From the NCBI GenBank assembly GCA_963826525.1, contig CAWGXH010000005.1, positions 256,001 to 320,000 on the forward strand: DNA of 64,000 nt, written 5' to 3'. Below, piece by piece: positions 8,769 through 20,748 of the stretch. Within the stretch, counting starts at the first letter, position 1; every line of letters begins with the position of its first letter. The notes beneath the pieces are model-generated. The model was not told the DNA's origin. It searched no databases and worked only from the letters and a program-made list of their open reading frames with translations. The stretch comes from an uncultured Methanomicrobiaceae archaeon (lineage in GTDB: Archaea; Halobacteriota; Methanomicrobia; Methanomicrobiales; Methanoculleaceae). A program made the position numbers and the translations under genes.

Positions 8769-11759
8769 ATGCAAGAGACCTTACGCGTCCTCTATGTCGA
8801 TGACGAACCCGCCCTTCTTGAGATCGGCAAACTCTTCCTTGAAAACACCGGAGAGGAATTTGTCGTCGATACCCTCACTTCGGCCACTGAAGACTCTCAC
8901 CTGCATTCCCACGGAGCAGTATGATGCCGTCATCTCCGATTACCAGATGCCCGACATGGATGGAATCGAATTTTTACGAAGGGTGAGAAATTCGGGCAAT
9001 GCCATCCCGTTCATCCTTTTCACCGGCCGGGGCCGCGAGGATAGTTGTCATTGAAGCGATCAACAGCGGTGCGGATTTCTATCTCCAGAAAGGCGGCCAG
9101 CCGCGGGCGCAGTTTGCCGAACTTGCCCATAAGGTCAGGCAGGCGGTACAACGACGGCGGGCGGAAATTTCGTTGCAGGAGAGTGAGGAGCGGTAACCGC
9201 ACCATCGTCAATGACCAGACCGAGATGATCTGCCGGTTCACCCCGGATGGCATCGTTACGTTCATCAACGATGCCTATTGGCGGTACCTTCACTCCATGC
9301 TGCTCCTCACCGATATCGAGGGAAAGAAGATCCACGACCTCGTGCAGATGGGACATCATGAGAGAATGGATAATTTTCTTGCCTCGCTCACACCAGAAAC
9401 ACCGATTCGCGAGATGGAGCACAAGGTCACCGGCAGGGCCAGAAGACGTACTGGCAACTCTGGTCGGTCCGTGCGTTGTTCAACGCCGGGGGAAAACCCC
9501 TCGAATATCAGGTGGTCGGAAGGGATATCACAGAGCAGAAACTGGCTCTGGCAGCACTGGCAGACAGCGAGTCCCGGCTCCGTTTATTCATCGAGACGAC
9601 CCGGGAATCGGTCACCCTGGTCGATGAAGAAGGAAAAGTGATCGAATGGAATCCCGGGGCTGAACGGATCACCGGCATCACACAAGAAGAAGCGCTTGGC
9701 AGACTCCTTATGGGACGTGACGTTCCGGATGCTCCCTCGTGAGCACCGCACGGAAGAACACCGTGCAGCGCTTGAGCAGAAGATCTGTACGATGCTCAGG
9801 ACGGGTGTCCCGATATTCGAAGAAACCCGGATTTTCGAAGCGGAGCGTCCCGACGGCGCCCGGATCTTCCACCGGCAGACAGTCTTTCCGATCAAGACCG
9901 ACAAAGGATTCCGGTTCGGTTCGATTGCGCAGGATATCACCAGTGAAAAACGGGAGGAAGATGTCGTGCGGGAGAGCGAAGCGAAGTACCGCGAGCTTGC
10001 CGATCTCCTCCCGCAGATGGTTTTTGAGATGGATCCGGATTTTCAGGTAACCTATGCAAACCGGCATGCATTCGCCACCCTGGGATATACCGAACAGGAC
10101 CTCAAAGACGGCGTAAATGCCATGTCCATAATCGAACCTTCCCAGCATGGACGGGTGAAGGAAGACATCCGGAAACTCCTCAACGGAGTGGCTCTTGAAT
10201 CACAGGAATATACGTGCCTGCGGAAGGATGGGAGCAAAATTCCGGTTTTTATCGATACAGCGCCGATTTACCGGAATGGGAACCTTACCGGATTCCGCGG
10301 CGTCATTATCGATATTTCCGCACGGAAAAAAATGGATGCCGAACTCCGGGAGAGCGAGGAGAAATACCGGCTTGTGGTCGAGAATAGTGATAATGTCGTG
10401 TATATTTACCGTGGTAGCCAGATCCTTTTCGCCAACCGCAGGGCAACGGAATTCACCGGTTATACCAATGATGAACTCATCAGCATGAACATCTGGGATC
10501 TCGTCCATCCCGATGACCGGCCCCACCTGCAGGAAAACGCGAAACTGAGGATCTCCGGAAGCACGCCCCCTCCTGACTTTACCGCGCGAACCATATTAAA
10601 AAGCGGTGAAGAACGGGAATGTGAATTCTTTGTTAACCAGATCCTCTATCAGAACCAGCCGGCACTTCTCGGTATTCTTCGTGACGTTTCCGAACGAAAA
10701 CGCGCTGAAGAGGCGATGCGGGAGAGCGAAGCGAAGTACCGCCTGCTGGCAGACCATGTCCATGATGTCATCTGGACTGCTGACATGGATATGCGCCTTA
10801 CCTACGTCTCGCCGTCGGTCACCGCGCTTCGGGGGCTGACGCCCGAAGAAGCTCTGAGAGAATCCCTCAGTGACGCCCTGACCCCGGCATCCTACAGGAC
10901 AGTCATGCTGATGCGCGAGAAGGGAATCAACGAGATGCGGAAGAGCGGAACGATCCAGAAATACCAGACCATGGAACTTGAATTTTTCAGGAAGGACGGT
11001 TCCACGGTCTGGACCGAGACGATTCTCTCCCCGACCTTTGACCGTGACAATAAACTTTTCGGGGTGGTTGGCGTCATACGGGATATCACCGAACGCAAGA
11101 AAGCGGAAGAAGCCCTCCGTCGGGCGAACCGCCAGCTCAACCTGCTTAACGGTATTACCCGCCATGATATCCTCAACAATGTCTCGATTGCCCTTGGGTT
11201 TCTGGAAATCGCGGAGATGAAGGTCGAAGACCCCGCGCTGGCCCGGTACCTGGAGAAGATGGAATCCGCGATCACTACAATCCAATCCCAGATCGAATTC
11301 ACAAGGGTCTACGAGGATATCGGCACCCATGAACCGCGGTGGATTGACCTGACCACCGTCATGCCACGCGACCATGTCCCGGCAACAATCAGCCTGACTG
11401 CTGACGTGCAGGGTGTCGGGGTATTTGCAGATCCGATGTTTGAGAAGGTTTTTTTCAACCTCCTCGACAACGCGGTCAGGCACGGCCAGCGGGTGACGGA
11501 TATCCGGGTGTCATATCACCTGTCGGGGAAGGATCTGGTCGTGGTGTGGGAAGACAACGGGGTTGGTATCGCTCCTGACGAAAAGAGGCTTATTTTCGAT
11601 CTCGGATTTGGGAAAAACACGGGGTTCGGGCTTTTCCTTATCCGGGATATCCTCTCCCTGACGGGGATCATGATCACCGAGACCGGGGAACCGGGCAGGG
11701 GTACACGGTTCGAGATGACGGTCCCGAACGGTTGTTACCGGCTTGTCGGCAAACAATAA
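8769..11759 (+). CDS. Hybrid receiver/multi-PAS histidine kinase (several frameshifts)
   Basis: RBS AGGAGG; VLYVDDEP, ISDYQMPDMDG, FTGRG, GADFYLQKG receiver; ~5 PAS/PAC; ITRHDILN H-box; NLLDNAVRHG, EDNGVG, GFGLF. Confidence 0.88.
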
Positions 11760-11957
11760 ATCCGGATGATACTATTGCGGGAACCATCGGGCGAAGAACG
11801 GGGATCTCTCGTTCTTTGCATCGGAAAACCATCTGTCGAAAACACGCGCAGGAAGAGGTAACCAATTCTCAATGAAAACATGATGTGCGAAAAAAGGTGG
11901 GCATATAACCCTCCGTTCAGACGCCCCGGCCGGGATATGCATGGAAGGTTGCATTCC

Positions 11958-12413
11958 CTACGTGACGTCTTCCGGAAAGATTTTCTTTCCTTTTTCGGTG
12001 TATGCGATAATACCCAGTTGTTCGAGGAAGTTCAATTCGTTATCGACCTCCCATCCCTCTGCAAGTCTGCCGTTAACGACGCGCCAGATGAAAACCATCC
12101 TCATTGTTACTTTCTTGCCGGTAGGGGGCAGTGGAACTCCGGACAGATTCCACTCGCCCGTATGGGTCCCTGTAGCGGTAACACAAACCCACACCTTATC
12201 CCCTTCGGCAATGATATCTTCAATATGTTCATGCCAGTCGGGGAAGGCTTTGAAAGCGAGCGTAAAGAGCTGTTTGAAGTTTTCCAGACCGTGTTGTTGA
12301 TGGGTATGGTCAACATAATCCGGTGCCACCAAATCGTCAAATAAATCCAGGTTTCGCGTATTATAGGCTTCAATAAACCTGCGAACAATCGCCTTATTCT
12401 CTTCCGATGACAT
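11958..12413 (-). CDS. SnoaL-like ester/polyketide cyclase (NTF2 fold)
   Basis: EENKAIVRRF, AFPD, IAEGDKV, GTHTG, PPTGK; RBS GGAGAGGTGA; lower GC than flanks. Confidence 0.9.
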   Translation of the reverse strand: MSSEENKAIVRRFIEAYNTRNLDLFDDLVAPDYVDHTHQQHGLENFKQLFTLAFKAFPDWHEHIEDIIAEGDKVWVCVTATGTHTGEWNLSGVPLPPTGKKVTMRMVFIWRVVNGRLAEGWEVDNELNFLEQLGIIAYTEKGKKIFPEDVT

Positions 12414-12645
12414 GGAGCATCACCTCTCCTTGAATCCTTTTTAATATTTAACAGATGTCGTCTTCGTGTGAGCATTTATTTCCAAAAAAGCATTCGCATC
12501 GAATAGTTCAGCCATTCACTATTTCGTACAAACGTTCCGGGGTCATCCATCTCTTCACGCACCTTCACGAAGAGACCGCCGGCGTGGAGGAAGCAGTCGC
12601 CGGTGGTGTGAGTGAGGCAGTAGAGGTGGGCAGGAGCGCGTCCGC

Positions 12646-15600
12646 TCAGCCGCGTTCCCAGGATTCTGAAACCCGAAGCACGGTCAGCGAGGCACCTGCC
12701 GCTCCCTCAATCCGGTCGAGGTCAAAGACCCGCTCGCCGCCCCGTGCACGGCAGAACTCCTGGAGGTCGAGCATATGCAGCAGACCTAAAGAAGCCTGTT
12801 CGTTCTGCAGCAGGTCGAGCGGCGGTTCGAGGAGCGGCCGCGGCAGGAAGACGATGCATTTCGACCGGCTCCGGGTCACCGAGACGTTCAGCCGGTTCCT
12901 GCTGTAGATGAACTCCGCCTCGGAGAGCGCCGTCTCGAGATCGCTCACGCCGTAGACTGACGATGACCGCATCGGCCTCCTGCCCCTGCATTTTATCGAC
13001 CGTATCCACGAAGGGGCGGTACTCCCAGTTACGAGTCTCCGCGAGAAGGCTCCGGACGGCATGGATCTGGGCGTGGTGCGGGCTGACGATAAACAGTCCC
13101 TGCCGCCAGAACCGGTAATCGCCGTCTTCCGTTGCGGGATAGGGCATGCCGGTACCGGGATCGGCGAGCCGCTCCCGTAAGCCGGAAGCAAGAAGCGCGA
13201 CTAGCTCCGCTTCCAGCCCGTTCTCGACAGCGGTCCTGACATTCTCAAGGACGCAGAGCACCAGAGGGTACGCCGGATCGAGGATCCATTCGACGAGCTC
13301 CCGGTCGGGCGACGCCGACGAGGCCGGGAGGAGGGGGAGCCGCTGTCGGGCGATCGCATCGGTCGCAGGAGCGTAGCCGGAACCGTAGAGCGTCTCCGCC
13401 GGGAACCGCGAAAGGGTGGCGTTCATCCGCCAGTTCTCGAGGAGCTGGCAGGTGAAAGTCGGATTATCGGGGTCGTCCCGGTGGCGGAGATAGGCAAATA
13501 TGGAGTCCTCAAGCCCCGGCAGCCCGTCTTCGGGCATGGGATACTCACCGAGCACGATAGGGGGGAGCTGCAGGTCGTCCCCGGCAAGGATCAGCCGCCC
13601 GTCCTCGCCGAGAGCCGTGATCACGAGAGCCAGCTCGGCCGGTTTCATCTGCGAAGCCTCATCGACGATGAGGATATCGAGGGACGGGAGGAACTTCTCG
13701 AGCCTGCCGAAACTGTGCACCGTCCCGCCGAGGACGAGGGCAGGGTAGTCGACGACGCTCTCGACCCGGTCGTGGGGGAGCACCTGCAGGCACCGCTCGC
13801 CTTTGGCCGTCCGCAGGTCGCGGAGTTTATACAGGGGAAGATCGGCGGCAAGGCCGTACTCGTCGATGGACTCCTGCATCTTGACGAGCAGGTTCTCGAT
13901 CGCGGCGTGGGTGAAGGCCGTCACCCCCACCCGGACCCTTCTCCCGTGCACCTTTCTCGCTTTGACGAGGGCAAGGACGGCGGCAGCGAGAAAATGCGTC
14001 TTCCCGGTCCCGGGAGGTCCCCAGACCAGGGTGAGACGGTTTGCAAGCATCCTCTCAAACGCCCTCGCCTGGCTCGGCGTGAATCCGGCTTTGCCTGCAA
14101 GCAGACCGGCCTCTCTCCGGATCGCTTCGGGTTCGGGCACCGGAGCTGCGAATGAGTGCGGATCGTCGAGGAGGCGGAGGAAGGCGTTATCCGGTTCTGC
14201 ATCCAGTTCGAGGAGGCGCTCCCGGTACCGGTCGGCCGTAAAATCGGTGAAACGGGGATGCAGCACCGCTTGGTCCCCCTCGGAGAAGGGTGCATGCCCG
14301 CGGCCGTACCCCACCTCGAGGGCGAACCCCTTGATCAAGCCCGCTTTCCGATCGGCGATCGTATCGCTGACCCTCGCAAAGCAGACGCCGCTCTTTCCCG
14401 GGTTCATGCTGTCCCGGTAGCGGGGATCGTCAAAACCCGCCTGCGCCTGTTCGCCTGCGTCGCCGTCCGGCACAAGGAGGTAACTGAACGTCGCCGACTG
14501 GTCAAAGAGCATACTATCGATCGGGCTCTGCACCTTCCAGAAGTTCCCCATGCTCTTCCGGACGGGTATGCTGATCCCGTCACGCACCCGTGCAGCCCAC
14601 GGCCGGCTTCGGAGTTCCTGCACCCGCCGGGCACCGAGCGCGGACTCATACTCCATGATAAAGAGGAGGCGCGATATCTCGGGGGTGGCAACGTCCCACT
14701 GCCGGGGAAACCTGAAGTTCGCGGGCCACCGCACGAGACCGCCCCGCACCCGCTCCCGGAGGCCGTCGAGCAGGCTCCCGGTCGCGAGCAGGCGGCGGGA
14801 GAGTTCGCTCCGGATCCAGTCGATACCCTCCGGCTTCGTCCCGCCCCATGCCATGACGATCGCGTCGCCCTTGAGAGCGTTGCCGTGATCGTGCCAGAAG
14901 AGGCTTCCCGGGTTCAGCTCGAAGGCAAACCGTGAACTCTTGATCTCCCGGACGACCTCGGGCATCCTGAGAGAGAACGGGACGGGGAGCGCGAGCAGCC
15001 GCCGGAATCTCCCGGGTCAGGACGACGAGCGGGTAGGTGACGGCGGTGTTCGGGTGGCTTTGCCCGTCGGCCATCCCGGCATCCTGGTAGTAGAAGCGGA
15101 GCAGTAAGGCATCCTCGGCGACATCGGGATCGCCGAGCGCGTCGGTGAGAAGGCGGGAGAAGAGATCTGCTTCGTAGGTATCGTAGACGTAGGTCTGCAC
15201 CGACTTCTGGTCGGCCCATTCGCGCTGCCGGTTGTAGTCGTGGACTGTCCGAAGCTCGCCGGCGAGCGCCCGGATGTACTCCCTCTGCACCCGGATGCAG
15301 TCATCGGGGTCTTCTGCAACGAGGAGAACCTCGTGCGACGGGGATCCGTAGACCGCATCGCCCCTGAACCGGCGGAATCCCGCGGCATAGATCCGTCCCG
15401 AGACGGGATCGCGCTGGAGGGTTGTGATGATCCCGATATCCTCGTAGATCGGGAGCGCCCGTGAAGTTCCGGTGTGGGGGACCACCTCGCCGGTCTCGAG
15501 CGCCCGCACGGTCGCGGAGAGGCGGTCGCGCTGGTGTGCGAACGAGCCGCAAGCGTTCAGGTGCCGGTCGCTATCGGGCGTCTCGAGGAATCGTGCCAGT

Positions 15601-16439
15601 TCCGGGAGGGTATTGATGCCGAGGTCGTCCCGGAGATACCTGCGCCCGATGGTCGAGAGGCCGGGAATGAGCGAGACCGATCGGCACGAGGCTGCTTCCG
15701 CCCGGCAGCTCCCGGAGAACTCGCAGGACTCGCACCGGGAGGTGAGGTGCCAGGAGACCTCACCGGGCGGAGCGGCAAGGATCGCCGGGAGGCGGAAGCG
15801 GAGGAACTCTTCGATCACCCTGATGTTCAGGGAGAGATCGAATGTCTCCGGCTCGTCCCGGTCGTAGAGCCAGATCCCTGCCCGGCGCATATCGACCGGA
15901 CGGTCGATGCCGAGTAGGTTCAGGGCATGGTCGAGGAACAGGGTATACAGTGTCGCCTGGATGCGGTGACTGACGCTGAGCTCCTCGCTCGCCTTGATGT
16001 CGATGACCCGAAGTGCGGTCCCGTCACGCACCACCAGGTCGGGGCGGCAGGGGGCAAACCGGTGCACCGCCGGATCGAGCCCGTACTTCTGCAGGAAGTG
16101 GATGGAGACCGGAATCGTAGGCTGGTAGATCGCTTCACCGGGTGCGAGACCCGCGAGCAGTTCGAAACTCTCCTCGATAGAGAAGGAACGATCGGCGAGC
16201 GCGCCTGCTCCGTCGGGGATCCGAACCCTGCCTGCACATCTGGTGCGGATCACCTGCTCCTCCCACGCGATGCCCGCATCGAGGAGTGCCGCCGTCACCG
16301 GGCTCGTATCGGGACCGGCCGCGGGGATGCCGGATGCCTCACGCTCCTGTTCCGGGGTCGCATGATAGCGGAGGTAGCGGTCGCAGTCGTGGTAGAAGTA
16401 CGACCCGATGAGCGACGGACTGAGATTGAACCTGACCAT
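12646..16439 (-). CDS. PD-(D/E)xK nuclease fused to Upf1/Dna2-like SF1B helicase, ~1260 aa (frameshifts ~15000 and ~12958)
   Basis: CDRYL..RPDL..IDIKAS..QATLY..CESCEFSGSC; GPPGTGKT, TAFTHAAIENL, DEASQ, GDDLQLPP, ENWRM, TVDKMQGQE, RLNVSVTRSR. Confidence 0.88.
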
Positions 16440-16668
16440 AGCGGATCACGTATGCCGATGAGGGGAGGGGCGCTGAATAAGAACAATATTCGTGGGGCAG
16501 GGAGAAAACAGTTATTCTTTCAGGCGGAGTACAGATTGCACGCTTTTCCTCTGTCCGGGATCGGAACGGTGGTTTCGGGCGTGCAGACCCGGGATATCGG
16601 GATCTCCGGCCACCACAGTGCGAGGCGAAAAACAGGTGGGAGCGATCGGGGCGTGGTCCTGTATCTCC

Positions 16669-16880
16669 TCATCTCTTCGCAATACGCATCTCCTGGCGCT
16701 TTGCGATCATTCGCTCTCCCGTTGTTGTCTGGACGTCGGGTGTTTCCGGTGGCAGACTGCTTTCGGGAGGGCCTTCGTCGATATCCTTCTGAACAGGATC
16801 GTAGACAAACATCCGTTCCTTTCTCGTCGAACGGCTTCTCGGGGTTGGGTCGTTTCCTACCTCTGCGTCTCTTTTGCCAT
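16669..16880 (-). CDS. Small hypothetical protein (probable early frameshift)
   Basis: RBS-like GAGGGGGAAGTGAT before ATG at 16880; open frame AEVGNDPT..FVYDPVQKDIDEG..IAKR after a 1-nt shift. Confidence 0.35.
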
Positions 16881-17179
16881 AATTATCACTTCCCCCTCGG
16901 ATAGACCCCATCCTATACATGAGCCCGGTATGTAAATCTCCCGGCGGATAGCGTGACCGTAAGCACGGGTAACCATTCTTCGGTCGATGACCGGGAAAGA
17001 GCGGACAGCCACCGGATATCGACGAACCTTGCGGATTTTGCCGTCGGCAGGCCCCTCTCCCGTGAAGAATGCCGGAGCAGTGCAAAGATGGTCGTTGCCC
17101 GGGTCATCCGTAAAGCCGCAAACATCCGGGAGCCTCTTGATGAAACCGTCTCCGTTCGCCCCGCTATGGACGGCGGAGA

Positions 17180-17893
17180 TCAGCCTGGTATAAGCGGCCT
17201 TTCGACCCGCGCCCCGTCTCTCATCCTTCTCAGGTAGGCTTCCTCTGTCTTTGCCCACTCGACCTTCGAGTACATCTCGTTCCCGGTAAGCCACCTTCTC
17301 CGGGGAAGATCGTACTCGGCATGGATGCGCATATTCTTCCCGAGAGTTACCCGCACGACATCAAAGGTCGTCTGGAGCGGGCGGAGATTCTGGTGACGCT
17401 GCAGTTCGTTCCAGAGCAGGTCCGCCTCACGTCGGTGGAGGTGCCGCGCTATCGTAATATGCAGCGCTTTCTCCTCAGGATACAGATCCGTCCGGTTCTC
17501 GGCCTGCGCGATAGGGATGTTCGGCGGGAAGATCGAGAAATGAAAGAGCCTTTTGGAGAGGGGATGCCAGAACCCGATAAGATCGCGCGAGGGGATGACC
17601 CTGTGTGCGATAGCCTGGTTCTGTACGGAATGATTGGTAAGCCGGATGAACCCGTCGACGCTGACCGTGAGGCGATCGAACGGTTCGGCCGCATCTTCGA
17701 TGACCGACTTCAGCCTCTCCTCCGAGAAGTTCGCGCGAGGCCAGAAATGGCTGACCAGGGTAATGTGCGGATACCACTGGATCTGGCTGGTCAGCCGGAA
17801 GGCGCCCGCTATCTCGCGAGCAATTTGGGTAAACTTCCCGTCGTGCATCGTGATGTGCAGGTTATAGCAGTCAGGCTGCGGGGGCATCGGCAT
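17180..17893 (-). CDS. 2H phosphoesterase (2'-5' RNA ligase superfamily)
   Basis: Two HxT motifs, PHITL and LHITI, about 100 aa apart. Confidence 0.75.
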   Translation of the reverse strand: MPMPPQPDCYNLHITMHDGKFTQIAREIAGAFRLTSQIQWYPHITLVSHFWPRANFSEERLKSVIEDAAEPFDRLTVSVDGFIRLTNHSVQNQAIAHRVIPSRDLIGFWHPLSKRLFHFSIFPPNIPIAQAENRTDLYPEEKALHITIARHLHRREADLLWNELQRHQNLRPLQTTFDVVRVTLGKNMRIHAEYDLPRRRWLTGNEMYSKVEWAKTEEAYLRRMRDGARVERPLIPG

Positions 17894-18119
17894 GCAATTG
17901 CTCTTTTTGGTTCAAGAATCTTTTTCATGCCGGCCCCTGTATTGCAGGAAGAGCGTCTCTGAAAAAGAAACCAGCGTGTCGGGAACCGTGAAGTGATATC
18001 ATTACGGAGCCCGTTTCGCTTCCCGGCGCCGGCAAACCGTCGATGGATCGCTCGACGGCGGCATATTCGGTCATGAAGATTGGCGCACCGGTAAGGCCGC
18101 AAGCACGGGATAGGGTACA

Positions 18120-18532
18120 TCCTTGCGGCCTTTCAGGGATCAGGTCTCTTTGGTTGTGCACTCGGTACTCCCTCATGATGCGTTTTCTCCGGCATCGGGC
18201 ATCTCCGGAGCGGCGATCCGGGGGATGGCCAGTGCAGGGATGGTGATCGACCCGATCACGAGGATAACGGCGTTGATGAGTGCCGCAAGAAGTGAGAAAC
18301 GCCGGTAGCCGTAGGAGAAGAGTGATGTGCGCTCCCGGCGGGCGGCACGCTTGAAGAACCAGGAGAGACGGAGGGAGAAGGAGTCCCCGAGGTCGTGCAG
18401 CGCGTTGGCCGTGATCGCAAGGCTCCCGGTATACGCCCCGCCGATAGACTCGAGGAGCGTAAAGGAGAGGTTTAAGAAGAAAGCTGTCCGGATATTCCGC
18501 TCGCTGCGGTCTTTCCGGGGTTCCGGGGGCAT
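18120..18532 (-). pseudogene. Cation diffusion facilitator (CzcD/ZitB-like) with large internal deletion
   Basis: AFFLNLSFTLLESIGG..GSLAITANALHDLGDS..FSYGYRRFSLLAALINA; stops after ~TM4, then joins a C-terminal-like RIMREYRVH. Confidence 0.75.
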
Positions 18533-18748
18533 AATTTCTCAATCTGCAAGTCTGCAGAAGACCATTTGTCTGCCTGGCTGACGGCTTGATATCAGGCAGG
18601 CGTCCGGTCGGTGATGCCGACCCGGAGTACGATCTCGAAGGGCCGCCCTGATATGCGCAGTCTCCGATCAGGGGATAGAACAGCAAAAGTTTTGCCTCCG
18701 GGGATCAATCATACTGGACAAGCGTTGCGGCGCCCCCTCACTGGAACC

Positions 18749-20467
18749 ATGACATATGCCGATCGGACCGAACCGCTGCTCTTTGCCATGGCGCTTGACG
18801 ATCTGGATGATGCCATCCTGATACTCAACGAAGAGCGGCGAATATTCGGGGTCAACAGAGCCTTGCAGAATCTCCTTCGGATCAGGCAGGAAGAGGTTAT
18901 CGGAGCGGATGCCCTTGAGTTTACCAGGGATGTTCTTGCACCGCTGCTCGGGGATGCGGCGGCGCGGTGCATCACGGATACCCTCTCCCGCCGGGCTGGG
19001 GCAGAGCCGATCACCTGCTGGATGCGGGATCCCGCCGGTGCCGGGAGATCCGTCTCCATCACCATTCATCCCCCAAGAGGCGAGTACCAGGCTGTCCGGA
19101 TCCGCGATATCACCGATACGGAGCACTGTCGTTACGTTAAGATTGCACTTGATCACTCCCCGGTGGTTGTTTTCACCCAGGGTACCGATCTCCGCTACAC
19201 CTGGACGTACAACCAGCAGTTCGGGCAGACCGATACCGGGATGATCGGGAAGACCGATGACGAGATCTTCTCACCGGACGATGCCGCCCGGCTGACCGCG
19301 CTCAAGCAGCGGGTACTTGCGACCGGGGAGGTTATTCATGAGAGTGTCCCCCTCGTCATCGGCGGCATTCAGCGTGTCCGGGAGATGACGCTCGAACCCC
19401 TTCGCGATATGCGAGATCGGATCATCGGCATCGCAGGCGCGGCGTATGACGTCACCGAGCAGCAGAAGAACGAGTACGCTCTCAAGGAGAGCGAGGATAG
19501 GTTCCGCGGCATCTTCGAGAACGCGGGCATAGGTATCATGCTTGCAGATCTGGACGGCCGTATCCTCGAATGCAATCAGGTGTTCCAGGCGATGCTCGGG
19601 TATGCCGCAGGGGAACTTGCGGAAAAGACACTGAGCGAGATCATCCACCCGGGCGATCTCGCAGCAAGTCTGCGCCGCTATACGGAGATGCGTGCCGGAA
19701 ACCTTGAGCGGTTCCTGAGCGAAAAACGGTACGTCACGAAAGGCGGTCACGTTATCTGGGGCCGTCTGTCCGCCTCGCTGCTGCGGGATGCGGCCGGCCG
19801 GCCGTATCGCACCATCGGTACGATTGAAGATATCACCGAACGGAAGCGGATGGAGAACGATCTTGCCTACCATGCCGACCTCCTCGACCGGGTAAACGAT
19901 GCGCTCATCGCAACCGATGAGCATTTTATAGTGACGGCATGGAACCGGGCTGCCGAAGAGATGTACGGCTGGAAGGCGGACGAGGCGCGCGGACGCTGCA
20001 TATCGGAGTTCGTTCGCCCGGAGAATCCCGGTGCCGGGCAGAAGGAGCTCTTCGATGCTGCGGTTACAACCGGGCAGTACCGTGCCGAGACCGTTCATCA
20101 CCGCCGGGACGGCAAGCCGATCCATATAGAGTCGAGTATCACCCCGCTTTTTGACGCCCAGAACCACGTAACCGGATACATCACCGTCAACCGGGATATC
20201 CTCGAGCGCAAACTGGCTGAAATGGTGAAAAAGAAGGCTTTCGACCAGATAGAGCAGAATATGGAACAGTTTGCGATCCTCGGCGACCACATCCGCCACC
20301 CTCTCCAGGTGATCCTGGCGCGGGCGGATCTCCTCGGAGACGAGGCAGCGGCGGAGAGGATCCGCGAGCAGGTCGTCAGGATCAACGATCTGATCAGGCA
20401 GCTCGATCAGGGCTGGGTCGAGTCAAGTAAAATCCGGGAGTTTCTCCGGAGGAATGAACTGGTCTGA
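18749..20467 (+). CDS. Multi-PAS protein with C-terminal HisKA-like H-box, no HATPase
   Basis: Four PAS/PAC repeats; EQFAILGDHIRHPLQVI..LDQGWVES. Confidence 0.88.
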   Translation: MTYADRTEPLLFAMALDDLDDAILILNEERRIFGVNRALQNLLRIRQEEVIGADALEFTRDVLAPLLGDAAARCITDTLSRRAGAEPITCWMRDPAGAGRSVSITIHPPRGEYQAVRIRDITDTEHCRYVKIALDHSPVVVFTQGTDLRYTWTYNQQFGQTDTGMIGKTDDEIFSPDDAARLTALKQRVLATGEVIHESVPLVIGGIQRVREMTLEPLRDMRDRIIGIAGAAYDVTEQQKNEYALKESEDRFRGIFENAGIGIMLADLDGRILECNQVFQAMLGYAAGELAEKTLSEIIHPGDLAASLRRYTEMRAGNLERFLSEKRYVTKGGHVIWGRLSASLLRDAAGRPYRTIGTIEDITERKRMENDLAYHADLLDRVNDALIATDEHFIVTAWNRAAEEMYGWKADEARGRCISEFVRPENPGAGQKELFDAAVTTGQYRAETVHHRRDGKPIHIESSITPLFDAQNHVTGYITVNRDILERKLAEMVKKKAFDQIEQNMEQFAILGDHIRHPLQVILARADLLGDEAAAERIREQVVRINDLIRQLDQGWVESSKIREFLRRNELV

Positions 20468-20748
20468 AGCCAGGCGGCTGTATGCCTGCCCTGCCGATCA
20501 ATACCTAAAGCCAGCCTCTGTAATACCCGTGACGATAGCAATACGGTATATCTCTCCTGCCCCCCTGCTCAATGCAGATCTGCGACACGTATGGAACCGG
20601 TATGCCGAAAGCGGCTGAGGGCAGCCGGGAATGGAGCCAGGGTCCTGCGCAAGCGAACGACTCTCTCGAATGCCGGTAAAACCAGGATGCGTCACCGAAA
20701 GAGATATCCCCCTGCAGAACCCCGATGCCGGCACAGGGGGTATACCCG

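Noticed and set aside
9967-10742. 26-bp direct repeat TGCGGGAGAGCGAAGCGAAGTACCGC at 9967 and 10717
   Set aside because: Encodes the RESEAKYR inter-PAS linker; ordinary domain duplication
12646-16439. cas4 gene of a CRISPR-Cas locus
   Set aside because: The Cas4-like motif is fused to an SF1B helicase, with no cas1/cas2 or array nearby
16857-16880. In-frame TAG after MAKETQR as pyrrolysine readthrough
   Set aside because: No pyl genes in the window, Methanomicrobiales are not known to use Pyl, and a 1-nt indel explains it
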